Shown: positions 43,618 through 52,810 of the stretch, in pieces
Numbering within the stretch: position 1 is the stretch's first letter
Layout of the letters: each line of letters begins with the position of its first letter
Assembly: GCA_031391405.1 (NCBI GenBank)
Contig: JANMUI010000945.1
Location: 1-58,117 of the forward strand
Length of the DNA: 58,117 nucleotides
Direction of reading: 5' to 3'
Source of the DNA: Betaproteobacteria bacterium
Lineage (GTDB): Bacteria; Pseudomonadota; Gammaproteobacteria; Burkholderiales; SG8-39
Translations under genes and position numbers: made by a program
The notes under the pieces: model-generated
Database searches by the model: none
What the model was told of the DNA's origin: nothing
Seen by the model: the letters and a program-made list of their open reading frames with translations, nothing else

Positions 43618-44144
43618 ACGACAACGTTTCACTGGTTGGGCTCGGTGGATTCTTTTTTCTGATGTCGTTTCTCACCATCGGCGGTGCCACGACCGCCCTG
43701 CCCGACATCTATCGGGAATTCGTCGAAGTGAATCAATGGCTCAGCGGACCGGAATTCGTCACGCTGATCGCGATTGCGCAGGCGGCGCCCGGCCCGAACG
43801 CGATATTCGCGAGTCTGCTGGGCTGGCGAGTTGCGGGACTCCCCGGCGCGTTGGTCGCAACCATCGGCATATGCGGCCCCTCTTCGGTGGGCATGTTCTA
43901 TGTGCATCGATTCTGGGGACGCTTCAAGGGCGCACGCTGGCGCACGGTGGTGCAACGCGGCCTTGCGCCCGTGGCGATCGGTATCGTGCTCGCGAGCGGC
44001 TACATCCTCGTGCGCAGCGCGACGCCTGATTGGGCGAGCCTGGCGGTCGCGGTGCTTGCCGCCGCGATCGCGTTGGCGACGCGAGTCAATTTCGTTTGGA
44101 TCCTGCTCGGTGCAGCGATCCTGGGGATTTGCGGGGTCGTGTGA
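43614..44144 (+). CDS. chromate-transporter (CHR) family half-size protein, second of a pair
   Basis: Trimmed to ATG 43614 (ATGA overlap with the first). FLTIGGATTALPDIYREFVEVNQWLSGPEFVTLIAIAQAAPGPN. Confidence 0.8.
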   Translation: MNDNVSLVGLGGFFFLMSFLTIGGATTALPDIYREFVEVNQWLSGPEFVTLIAIAQAAPGPNAIFASLLGWRVAGLPGALVATIGICGPSSVGMFYVHRFWGRFKGARWRTVVQRGLAPVAIGIVLASGYILVRSATPDWASLAVAVLAAAIALATRVNFVWILLGAAILGICGVV

Positions 44145-44169
44145 GGCTCGGCTTAAGGAGCGCAGAGCC

Positions 44170-45012
44170 TCAAAGAAACGCAATCGTCCGGATCTCGATA
44201 CTCTCGCGCGGCAATGCGCCGGCAGGCGGCGGCGTCGTGAGGCGCGCCGCACCGTGCCCCGAGTAGCGTGCGCGCCCATCGGTCATCGAGTCGAAGCACT
44301 TGATGATCACCACTTCGTCCGTGCGCATGCGCGGGAAGTAGTACCAGCGCTGACTTGGATTGAACGCCATGCGATACGTTTCACCGCGCCGGCCGCCGTC
44401 GTAGATGTGATCGGCCGCAACCATATCGCGCGGACCCATGGAGTGGGCGTCGCAGAGCACAAGCGGAAACGATTCAACCGGCCCGATGAGCGGTCGCCAG
44501 ACGTTGAGGAACAGGAAACGTCCCTTCAGCCTTTCTTCAGCCTCATCGGCGGGCAGCAGATCGCGCACGCGTTTTGGTGCCGACCAATCGGTGTAATCGT
44601 TGTGCACCGACGGCACGGGCGCCCGGACGTTGCGCTCTTTTCGCTTGTCGAGATCTTCAACGCGAATCGTGTGATCGAAAATGACGACCTTGTTCGCACC
44701 GGTGACCTTGCGCAACAGCGCCTCGACTTCCGGATAGCACACGGTCCGCAACGCGTCTTCGTCATAGAAATTCTTGACGCGGGTCGGATTGTCGAGGAGG
44801 ACGAACCCCTGCTCATCGAGGCTCAGGCGGTCGCGAATCTCGCGGCCATCGTTGAGCGTGACCAGGCGCTCCTCATAGGTTCCGGTCATGCGGGCGCCGG
44901 CCGGCATCTGCTGATCCGGGTACGTCACGGGTTTCTCGCCGGTGTCGACGAGGAAGGTCATCGTGCCGTGCACGGGAGTCGGCGAGCGGGTGGCGGGGGC
45001 AGTGGCTGACAT
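44170..45012 (-). CDS. CmcJ/NvfI-family (AsaB-like) non-heme-iron oxygenase-like protein
   Basis: Trimmed to ATG 45012. FYDEDALRTVCYPEVEALLRKVTGANKVVIFDHTIR...VHNDYT..S.P.RVRDLL...LKGRF...NVWRPL.GPVE.FPL..CDA.S......RWYYFP.M..DE....KC.DS matches my memory of the family. Confidence 0.7.
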   Translation of the reverse strand: MSATAPATRSPTPVHGTMTFLVDTGEKPVTYPDQQMPAGARMTGTYEERLVTLNDGREIRDRLSLDEQGFVLLDNPTRVKNFYDEDALRTVCYPEVEALLRKVTGANKVVIFDHTIRVEDLDKRKERNVRAPVPSVHNDYTDWSAPKRVRDLLPADEAEERLKGRFLFLNVWRPLIGPVESFPLVLCDAHSMGPRDMVAADHIYDGGRRGETYRMAFNPSQRWYYFPRMRTDEVVIIKCFDSMTDGRARYSGHGAARLTTPPPAGALPRESIEIRTIAFL

Positions 45013-45331
45013 GTAAGTCCTTCGAGCGGGCAGTGTGTGAGTATGCAAGAGTGAGGCGAACTTTGCATGCGATGTGGATGACCGGTCGCTGTACGCCTTC
45101 GTGAGAGAAGAGGGTGGGCTGGTGGGTGGGACCGGCGCGGTGGACTATTGGACTGGCGCCGCCACAGCGGCCGATTGGACTCGGGGGCTCGGGGACGCGG
45201 GCCGCCGTGGCGGCATGTTAGACGCCCGTCGCGCATATTGGGTTCTCACAATTTTCGCGAGCGTGGGGCGGATTGACGGCGGTACGCACAGGCCATAGAG
45301 TAGGGTTCCGCGACGCCAAGACGCCGCAAAC

Positions 45332-45483
45332 TACATGTCCTTTGGCGCGTATTACATGTCCTTTGGCGCGTATGAGGTCCTTTGGCGCGTATGAGCCTTT
45401 CGCGCATCAGCTTGTCGCGCATGAACATACCGCGCAAAAACATGGAGCGCACGACTCGCCTCGCACGACTCGCCTCGCACGAC
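45332..45483. promoter_or_regulatory. iterated direct repeats in the divergent CmcJ-like / crtE control region
   Basis: TACATGTCCTTTGGCGCGTAT at 45332 and 45353. Decaying copies GAGGTCCTTTGGCGCGTAT (45374), GAGCCTTTCGCGCAT, CAGCTTGTCGCGCAT and GAACATACCGCGCAA. Then CGCACGACTCGCCT x2.6 (45447-45483). Ends 25 nt before the crtE ATG. Confidence 0.5.
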
Positions 45484-45507
45484 CTTTTGGTAGGAAATGG
45501 CAACGCG

Positions 45508-46428
45508 ATGACTTTGGACCTATTACTCCCGCCACTTGAGAGCGCATCCGTGCGCGCTTTTCCTGTCGATACGTTGCGACAGCGCCTCGACGCGCGCCTC
45601 GATGCGCTCGTCCCTCCACTTGGCGGCGCGTCACGCGGACTGAACGAGGCGATACGCTACAGCCTGCTCGCACCGGGCAAACGGCTGCGTCCCATCCTAA
45701 TGATTGTCGCGGCACGGGATCTTGGTACTTCGTGCGATGCGGCACTTGATCCGGCTTGCGCCATCGAAATGATTCACACTGCCTCGCTGATCATGGACGA
45801 CTTGCCCGCCATGGACAACGCGCTGATGCGCCGCGGTCAGCCAACGACACACCGTCGCTTTGGCGAAGGCACCGCGATTCTCGCCTCGGTGGCGCTGTTG
45901 AACGGGGCGTTCGGCGTGGTGGCCCAAGTGCCGCAACTCGACCCGTTGACACGCCTGCGGCTCCTACGCCTGCTCGTCGACGCGGTCGGCGTAAACGGTC
46001 TCGCCGCCGGCCAGGAGGGTGATCTGAACCTATCGGCCGACCTGCGTTGCGAGGCGACCCTGGAGGGTCTCAATTATCAGAAGACGGGCGTACTATTCGC
46101 CGCTTGCCTCGAAGGTGCCGCGTGCATCGCTGGTGTGAGCGACAAGCGCGTGGTGCCGTTACGCGAGTGCGGGCGACACCTTGGCCTCGCGTTTCAGATC
46201 GCCGACGATCTGCAAGATGAAAGTGGTTGCGTGGCGGACCTTGGCAAGGATGTCGGCCAGGATCGCTCCAAGCTTACCCTCGTGAAGACCCTGGGCCGGG
46301 ACGCGGCGCGCGAGCGACTCGCCGAGCATGTACGCGGGGCGATGGCGGCACTCACCCGAGCGGGCGCCTCCGGAGGGCGATTGGCGACCTTGATCGAAGG
46401 TACGTTCGCGCGAGCGCTCCCCTCGTGA
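45508..46428 (+). CDS. crtE: geranylgeranyl diphosphate synthase
   Basis: Track ORF 45382..46428 runs through the repeats, so it is trimmed to ATG 45508. GKRLRP, first DDxxD (IMDDLPAMDN...RRGQPTTHRRFGE) and second (FQIADDLQD). Confidence 0.85.
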   Translation: MTLDLLLPPLESASVRAFPVDTLRQRLDARLDALVPPLGGASRGLNEAIRYSLLAPGKRLRPILMIVAARDLGTSCDAALDPACAIEMIHTASLIMDDLPAMDNALMRRGQPTTHRRFGEGTAILASVALLNGAFGVVAQVPQLDPLTRLRLLRLLVDAVGVNGLAAGQEGDLNLSADLRCEATLEGLNYQKTGVLFAACLEGAACIAGVSDKRVVPLRECGRHLGLAFQIADDLQDESGCVADLGKDVGQDRSKLTLVKTLGRDAARERLAEHVRGAMAALTRAGASGGRLATLIEGTFARALPS

Positions 46429-47426
46429 TCCTCGCACCGGCAGGGCTTGGAACTGCTGCGAATGGGGTAGCGATCAAGCTCACGGCCGGCGCCACGCCGG
46501 TGGTGGAAGTTTGCGGTGCGGTCGCTCGCTATGGCACTCGCACGGCGCTCGATGGTGTCGATCTTCGCGCGAACGCGGGGGAGTGCGTTGCGCTGCTCGG
46601 TCCGAATGGTGCGGGTAAGACGACATTGTTGCGAGCGATCATCGGGCGTGTTCGCTTGGCGGCCGGGACGGTACGCGTTCTCGGACGCGACCCCCGCGAC
46701 GATCCGTCCGCGCGCTGGGCGATCGGATTTGTCCCGCAACAGATCGCCTTGTATCCGCACCTGACCGTTCGCGAAAACCTCGGAGTATTCGCCAGGCTTG
46801 CAGGCGTCGGCCGCGCCGAGGTCGCAGGCCGTGCGTCCGCTGCGCTGGCGATGTGCCGTCTCCTCGATCGAGCCGAAGACCGCGTGGCCGCGCTCTCGGG
46901 TGGTTTGCAGCGCCTGGCCAACATTGCGGCGGCGATCCTGCACGCGCCGCGTCTACTCATTCTCGATGAGCCGACGGTGGGCGTCGATGTCGAGGCACAG
47001 GGCACGGTCAATGCCGCGCTTGGAAGCCTGCGCGCTGAAGGCATGGCGCTGGTGATGACGACGCACGATCTGCAGCAGGCCGAGGCACTGGCGACGCACG
47101 CGGTGTTCCTCGCGCGGGGCATCAACGTCGGCGCGGGGTGCCCGGCCGCGCTCATTGCGAGCGTGTTTGCGGGGCAGCATGAGTTGCAGGTGACCTTGCG
47201 GACCGAGCCGCAGCCAATCGAGCGCGATATCCTCACTTCGATCGGATTGGGATCCACGCGCGTCCCCACCGTGTGGTTCATGCTCGCCGCACCGGACCCC
47301 GCTCGCGCCGGTGGCCTCGCTGCCACGCTCCGTGCGCGCGGCTTGCAACTGCGCGAGGTACGCCTGCGCGAACCCGATCTCACGACATTGTTCGTGCGGC
47401 TTACCGGGGAGGCCCCTGCGCTTTGA
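46425..47426 (+). CDS. ABC transporter ATP-binding protein (ABC-2 subfamily partner) with a C-terminal extension
   Basis: Walker A GPNGAGKTT, Q-loop, signature LSGGLQR, Walker B LLILDEPT, H-loop TTHD. Start taken as GTG 46425 (GTGA overlap with the crtE stop); GTG 46500 is an alternative. Confidence 0.8.
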   Translation: MILAPAGLGTAANGVAIKLTAGATPVVEVCGAVARYGTRTALDGVDLRANAGECVALLGPNGAGKTTLLRAIIGRVRLAAGTVRVLGRDPRDDPSARWAIGFVPQQIALYPHLTVRENLGVFARLAGVGRAEVAGRASAALAMCRLLDRAEDRVAALSGGLQRLANIAAAILHAPRLLILDEPTVGVDVEAQGTVNAALGSLRAEGMALVMTTHDLQQAEALATHAVFLARGINVGAGCPAALIASVFAGQHELQVTLRTEPQPIERDILTSIGLGSTRVPTVWFMLAAPDPARAGGLAATLRARGLQLREVRLREPDLTTLFVRLTGEAPAL

Positions 47427-48505
47427 TCGCGGCCATTCTGCGGGTGATGATTCTTGGCCTGGTGCGTGACCGTGGAGCGCTCGTGCTCGCGTTCTTGCTG
47501 CCGCCGGCGATCTTCATCATCTTTGCCGCGATTTTCGCCGGGACTACTGGGGGCGAAGTGCGCCTGCGCGCCGGGCTCGCCGCCGAGTCCGATGCGGATT
47601 CGGTCCGGCGCCTCGCCGCCGCGCTGCGCAGCGAGCCGAATGTCGATCTGACCGTGTTCGATAGCGCCACGATGCTTCGCGAACACGTGCAACGCGGCGC
47701 GGTCGACGTCGGCGTAATCCTGCGGGGCGACCTGGCGGCGCTGGGTGGTGGTCCTGCGCCGATCGTCGTGATCGCCGATGCGATGCACGCGATGGCGGCC
47801 GATATCGTCGGCGGGCATCTGCAGCGGATCGTCATCGGGCAACTCGCCGGAACGATGCCCGCCTTGGTGGAACGCGAAACGTTGGCGGGACGCGGCCGTG
47901 CGAGCGGTGCGGTGACCTACTACGCGGGCGCCGTATCGATCTTGTTCCTGCTCGTCTCGGCCATGCAAAGTGCCGCGACCTTCATCGATGAGCGCGAGAG
48001 CGGCATCATGGACCGGCTGTTGCTTGGGCCGGGCGGCACCACGGTGCTCCTCAATGGCAAGTTCTTGTTCCTGGTCGGGCAGGGGCTGCTGCAGGTGTCG
48101 ATCATCTTTCTGGTTGGATGGCTTGCCTATGGGATCGCCTTGCCCGCGAGCATCGGGGCTTGGGCGGTCACGTCGCTCGCCGCTGCGGCCGCGGCCGCCG
48201 GCATCGGGCTTGCACTCGCCGCGCTCTGCACGACGCGTCAGCAGGCCCAAACCCTCGCATCGTTCCTGGTGCTCATCGTGTCGGCGCTGGGTGGTAGCAT
48301 GGTGCCGCGCTTTCTGATGCCAAGTTGGCTGCAGGCGCTAAGCTGGTGGACGCCTAACGCCTGGGTGATCGAAGCCTACTATGGTGCCCTCTGGCGTGGC
48401 GAGGCGATCGCCGCACTCGTTCCGGCGTGGGCAATACTGGCCGGCATGGCTGGCGTCGGACTCGCGATTGCCCATGTGGCGGCCCGGCGCGCCGGGCGCA
48501 TATGA
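47423..48505 (+). CDS. ABC-2 type transporter permease with a large loop after TM1
   Basis: TM1 (ALVLAFLLPPAIFIIFAAIFAG), then an approximately 140-aa loop, then five more hydrophobic segments and ...ERESGIMDRLL. TTG 47423 overlaps the ATPase TGA (TTGA); ATG 47447 is an alternative. Confidence 0.8.
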   Translation: MIAAILRVMILGLVRDRGALVLAFLLPPAIFIIFAAIFAGTTGGEVRLRAGLAAESDADSVRRLAAALRSEPNVDLTVFDSATMLREHVQRGAVDVGVILRGDLAALGGGPAPIVVIADAMHAMAADIVGGHLQRIVIGQLAGTMPALVERETLAGRGRASGAVTYYAGAVSILFLLVSAMQSAATFIDERESGIMDRLLLGPGGTTVLLNGKFLFLVGQGLLQVSIIFLVGWLAYGIALPASIGAWAVTSLAAAAAAAGIGLALAALCTTRQQAQTLASFLVLIVSALGGSMVPRFLMPSWLQALSWWTPNAWVIEAYYGALWRGEAIAALVPAWAILAGMAGVGLAIAHVAARRAGRI

Positions 48506-48544
48506 CGATACAGACTGCGGTGCAGACTTGAGATTCCAAGACGC

Positions 48545-49030
48545 ATGACCATTCTCGTCAACACGCTCGTGGTGATCGCGACCGTCGCGGCGATGGAGCT
48601 CGTCGCGAATTTCGCGCACCGCTATGTCATGCATGGCTTTGGCTGGGGCTGGCATCGTTCGCATCATGAGCCGGCGACCGGCCGGTGGGAACGGAACGAT
48701 CTTTACGCGATTTTCTTCGCAGCCGTGTCGATGGCGCTCTTCTGGCTCGACGCCTATCAGTACGGTGTGCTTTGGTGGGTTGCGGTCGGCATGACGTGCT
48801 ATGGCTTGATCTACGTGGTGTTCCACGACGGCTTGGTGCACCAGCGTTATCCGATACGCGTGCCGGTGGGTTGGCGGTACCTCGATCGGCTGATCGAGGC
48901 GCACCGCATCCATCACGCCACCAAACAACGCGAGGGTGCGGTCTCGTTCGGATTTCTCTATGCCGCGCCGCCCGATCGGCTCGCACAAGCGTTGCGTTCG
49001 CACCGCCTCGCCCAACGAGACCGGCAGTGA
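48545..49030 (+). CDS. crtZ: beta-carotene 3,3'-hydroxylase
   Basis: HRYVMHGFGWGWHRSHHEP, NDLYA, VFHDGLVHQR, AHRIHHA and GAVSFGFLYAPP are the His-box pattern of CrtZ. Confidence 0.9.
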   Translation: MTILVNTLVVIATVAAMELVANFAHRYVMHGFGWGWHRSHHEPATGRWERNDLYAIFFAAVSMALFWLDAYQYGVLWWVAVGMTCYGLIYVVFHDGLVHQRYPIRVPVGWRYLDRLIEAHRIHHATKQREGAVSFGFLYAAPPDRLAQALRSHRLAQRDRQ

Positions 49031-50226
49031 CCAGCACCGCCCAACGGGAGCCGGTGATCGATCTTGCCCTCGTCGGTGGCGGGCTCGCCAACGCGCTGAT
49101 TGCCTATCGGCTGGCGGTGATGCGTCCGGAGATCAAAGTTGTCGTGTTCGAGCGCGAGGCGACGTTGGGCGTCAATCACACCTGGTCGTTTCACGGAACG
49201 GATCTCACCGATTCGCAACGACAATGGATGGCGCCGCTGATCGCGGCCCAATGGCATGGTTACGACGTGCGCTTTCCCAGCCGCACGCGACGTCTGCATA
49301 CGCACTACTACTCGATCAGCGCCGCGGTGTTCGCGCGACATATCGGCGCACGGCTCGCCGATCGAATGCGCACTGGCGTGGCGGTAAGCGGGTTCGATGC
49401 GGGCTCGGTCACGCTTGCAAGCGGTGAGCGGATACTGGCCAAAGCTGTCATCGACGGTCGCGGCGATCCGAGCGGCCTTGATCTGGTGCTTGGCTACCAG
49501 AAGTTCGTCGGCCTCGAAGTGCGACTTGCCGCGGCGCATGGGCTCGTGCGGCCGATCCTCATGGATGCCACCGTTGCGCAACTCGACGGCTTTCGATTCC
49601 TCTATACGCTACCGTTTGCTCCGGATCGGCTGCTGATCGAAGACACGCGCTACAGCGATACCCGTGCGCTTGACCCCGACAGCTATCGGGCCGAGATCGC
49701 ATCGTATGCCCATGCTCAAGGTTGGAAGATTGCCGCTGTCGAGCGCGAAGAAGAGGGTGTGTTGCCGGTCGCGCTCGGTGGCGATCCGCTCGCCCATTGG
49801 CCCGACGATCCGCGCATTGGACGCGCCGGCATGTCGGCGGGGCTGTTCCATCCCACCACCGGCTATACCCTGGCCGCCGCGGTGCAATTGGCCGACGCGA
49901 TCGCCGCATTGCCAACGATCGATGCGGGTAGCGTGCATGCGCTGACTCGACGGATCGCGGCTCAGCATTGGCGTACTGGCGCAATGTTTCGTCTACTGAA
50001 CCGCATGCTGTTTCGCGCCGCGCGGCCCACCGAACGATACCGTGTGCTCGAACGCTTCTACGGGCTCTCCGAGCCCTTGATCCAACGTTTCTATGCGGGC
50101 CACCTCACGTTGGGCGACAAGCTGCGGCTGCTCATCGGTCGCCCGCCGGTACCGATCTGGGCCGCTATCAAGTGCGCGCGCGAGTCCTCACTGGTGGTTC
50201 CAGCGTCGGGTCGGGTCTTCACATGA
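49027..50226 (+). CDS. crtY: lycopene beta-cyclase
   Basis: Trimmed to GTG 49027 (GTGA overlap with the crtZ stop). DLALVGGGLANALIAYRL......VVVFE......GNHTWSFH..DL and FHPTTGY. Confidence 0.85.
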   Translation: MTSTAQREPVIDLALVGGGLANALIAYRLAVMRPEIKVVVFEREATLGVNHTWSFHGTDLTDSQRQWMAPLIAAQWHGYDVRFPSRTRRLHTHYYSISAAVFARHIGARLADRMRTGVAVSGFDAGSVTLASGERILAKAVIDGRGDPSGLDLVLGYQKFVGLEVRLAAAHGLVRPILMDATVAQLDGFRFLYTLPFAPDRLLIEDTRYSDTRALDPDSYRAEIASYAHAQGWKIAAVEREEEGVLPVALGGDPLAHWPDDPRIGRAGMSAGLFHPTTGYTLAAAVQLADAIAALPTIDAGSVHALTRRIAAQHWRTGAMFRLLNRMLFRAARPTERYRVLERFYGLSEPLIQRFYAGHLTLGDKLRLLIGRPPVPIWAAIKCARESSLVVPASGRVFT

Positions 50227-51749
50227 CGCCGATCCGTGCCGTCGTGATCGGTGCGGGCTTTGGCGGGCTTGCGCTCGCCATTCGGCTGCAGGCAAGCGGC
50301 ATGCAGACCACGCTGCTCGAGGGGCGCGACAAAGCAGGCGGTCGTGCGTATGTCTATGAGGACGACGGCTTCACGTTTGACGGTGGTCCGACCGTAATCA
50401 CCGATCCGACCGCGCTGGCGGAGCTATTCACGCTCGCCGGCAGGAGCATGGCGGACTACATCGAGCTGTTGCCGATTGAACCGCTCTACCAACTGCGCTG
50501 GGAAGACGGCTATCAGTTCGACTATACGAACGATCAGGCGCAGCTCGATCGGCAGATCGCTGCACAGTCACCGGCCGATGTCGAAGGCTATCGACGCTTT
50601 CTCGCGTACTCCGAAGCGGTGTTCGAGGAAGGTTATGTCAAGCTCGGACACGTTCCGTTCCTCGATTTCTGGAGCATGGTGAAGGCGGCCCCGCAGTTGG
50701 TCAAGCTGCAAGCGCAGCGCAGCGTCTACTCGATGGTGGCGAAGTATCTGCGCGACGATAAGCTGCGCCAGGCGTTCAGCTTTCATTCACTGCTGGTGGG
50801 CGGCAATCCGTTCGCAAGCTCGGCAATCTATGCGTTGATCCACGCACTGGAGCGCAGGTGGGGCGTGTTCTTTCCGCGGGGCGGGACCGGCGCGTTGATC
50901 CGGGCGCTCGTGCGGCTGTACACCGATTTGGGCGGCCAACTAAGGCTTGGCGCGCCGGTAACGCGCATTCTCACGCGCGGCAATCGCACGACCGGCGTGG
51001 CAACCGCCGATGGCTGGCAGGGCGAGTTCGGTATGGTGGCGAGCAACGCCGATGTCGTGCACACGTATAGCAAACTTCTCCGTGACCATCCGCGCGGTGC
51101 GCGCGAGGGCCGGCGATTGGCCGGCATGCGGCACAGCATGTCCCTCTTTGTCATCTATTTCGGACTGCGCGGGTCGCCGCCCAAAGGGATGCAGCATCAC
51201 ACGATCCTGTTCGGGCCACGCTATCGGGAACTCATTCGCGAGATTTTTTCCGGTTCCGCGCTTCCCGAGGATTTTTCGCTTTACCTGCACGCGCCTTCGG
51301 TGTCGGACAGTTCCCTCGCGCCGGTGGGTCACAGCGCGTACTACGTGCTCTCGCCGGTACCGCATCTTGGACATGCCGCGATCGATTGGGCGGTGGCCGG
51401 CCCGCGCTACCGTGATCGTATCCTCGCGCATCTGGAACACCACTGCATACCGAACCTGCGACGCGACCTCGTCACGATGCGCACGCTTACCCCGTTTGAT
51501 TTTCGGGATGAGCTGAACGCACACCATGGCTCGGCCTTCTCGGTCGAGCCGATTCTCACGCAAAGCGCCTGGTTTCGGCCGCACAATCGTGATGCCATGC
51601 TCGGCAATCTCTATCTGGTCGGGGCGGGCACGCACCCAGGGGCCGGGATACCAGGGGTCGTCGGCTCCGCGAAAGCAACGGCGCGGCTCATGATCGACGA
51701 TGCCGGGCCAGCGCTCGTGCCGCGGCCACTGGAGCATTCCTATGGATAG
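50223..51749 (+). CDS. crtI: phytoene desaturase
   Basis: Trimmed to ATG 50223 (ATGA overlap). VIGAGFGGLALAIRLQASG...LEGRDKAGGRAY...FDGGPTVIT. C-terminal YLVGAGTHPGAGIPGV. Confidence 0.95.
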   Translation: MTPIRAVVIGAGFGGLALAIRLQASGMQTTLLEGRDKAGGRAYVYEDDGFTFDGGPTVITDPTALAELFTLAGRSMADYIELLPIEPLYQLRWEDGYQFDYTNDQAQLDRQIAAQSPADVEGYRRFLAYSEAVFEEGYVKLGHVPFLDFWSMVKAAPQLVKLQAQRSVYSMVAKYLRDDKLRQAFSFHSLLVGGNPFASSAIYALIHALERRWGVFFPRGGTGALIRALVRLYTDLGGQLRLGAPVTRILTRGNRTTGVATADGWQGEFGMVASNADVVHTYSKLLRDHPRGAREGRRLAGMRHSMSLFVIYFGLRGSPPKGMQHHTILFGPRYRELIREIFSGSALPEDFSLYLHAPSVSDSSLAPVGHSAYYVLSPVPHLGHAAIDWAVAGPRYRDRILAHLEHHCIPNLRRDLVTMRTLTPFDFRDELNAHHGSAFSVEPILTQSAWFRPHNRDAMLGNLYLVGAGTHPGAGIPGVVGSAKATARLMIDDAGPALVPRPLEHSYG

Positions 51750-52719
51750 CGTTGTCGCCGCGAGCCACACCGCGATCACCCGCGGTTCGAAGAGTTTTGG
51801 CGCGGCCGCTCGGCTCTTCGATCGGCGCACACGCGAATCCGTCTATATGCTCTACGCTTGGTGCCGCCATTGCGATGATGTGATTGACGGACAGGTCCTT
51901 GGTTTTCGCACGCCTGCACCATTGGCGACCTCCTACACTGGAACGACGCAGACGGGTCAGGCGGTTGCGCTTGGCGGCTCCGCGGCGGAGCGCCTGGCGA
52001 TCCTGCGCCATGAGACCGCGCGCGCGTTGGCGATGGAAGCGGTCACGGATCCAGTATTCGTCGCGTTTCAGCGCGTCGTGCGCTTGCACGCGATACCCAG
52101 CCGCTACCCGCATGAGCTTCTGGAGGGGTTTGCGATGGATGTCGCGGGGCGGCGGTACGAGACGTTCGAAGAGACGCTCCACTATTGCTATCACGTCGCG
52201 GGCGTGGTCGGGGTCATGATGTCGCTGGTGATGGGTGCGAGCGATCAGCGCACGCTCGACCGTGCGTGTGATCTTGGCATCGCGTTTCAGTTGACGAATA
52301 TCGCGCGCGACGTGATCGAGGATGCGCAGGCCGACCGCGTCTACCTGCCACGTTCCTGGCTGGCCGAGGCCGGTGTTGCCGATGGCGCCGTGGCAGAGCC
52401 GATGATGCGACCGCGCATCGCCCAGGTCACGCGGCAACTGCTTGCCGAGGCAGATCGCTACTACCGCTCAGCCGCGGTCGGTTTGGCGCAACTACCGTGG
52501 CGCTCGGCGTGGGCGATCGCCGCGGCGTTGCGCATCTATCGCGCGATCGGCATCGATGTCGTCGGCCGCGGTGCCAGCGCATGGGATCAGCGGGTGCGGG
52601 TCGGTGGTCCGCGCAAGGCGATGTTCGCGGTGCTTGGCGGCCTCGATGCGCTGCGCACTCATGGGGGTTCCAAATCGGGTCGTGACACTCCGCGCACCGG
52701 GCTATGGACCCGTGCATAA
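51742..52719 (+). CDS. crtB: 15-cis-phytoene synthase
   Basis: Trimmed to ATG 51742 (8-nt overlap with crtI). GSKSFGAAARLFD...YAWCRHCDDVIDGQ and ...GVVGVMM...AFQLTNIARDV.EDA...R.YLP. Confidence 0.9.
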   Translation: MDSVVAASHTAITRGSKSFGAAARLFDRRTRESVYMLYAWCRHCDDVIDGQVLGFRTPAPLATSYTGTTQTGQAVALGGSAAERLAILRHETARALAMEAVTDPVFVAFQRVVRLHAIPSRYPHELLEGFAMDVAGRRYETFEETLHYCYHVAGVVGVMMSLVMGASDQRTLDRACDLGIAFQLTNIARDVIEDAQADRVYLPRSWLAEAGVADGAVAEPMMRPRIAQVTRQLLAEADRYYRSAAVGLAQLPWRSAWAIAAALRIYRAIGIDVVGRGASAWDQRVRVGGPRKAMFAVLGGLDALRTHGGSKSGRDTPRTGLWTRA

Positions 52720-52810
52720 GTTGCCTTGGCGCTTACAACGCTTCACCGCCAGTTGATCCAACGCGATACGCGCTAGCGCTGACAGATTATGGTTCGTACC
52801 ACCCGCGCAA

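Noticed and set aside
45382-45507. Longer crtE start (track ORF from 45382: MARMSLSRISLSRMNIPRKNMERTTRLARLAS...)
   Set aside because: That N-terminal extension is simply the translation of the tandem DNA repeats. Homology to CrtE begins after ATG 45508.
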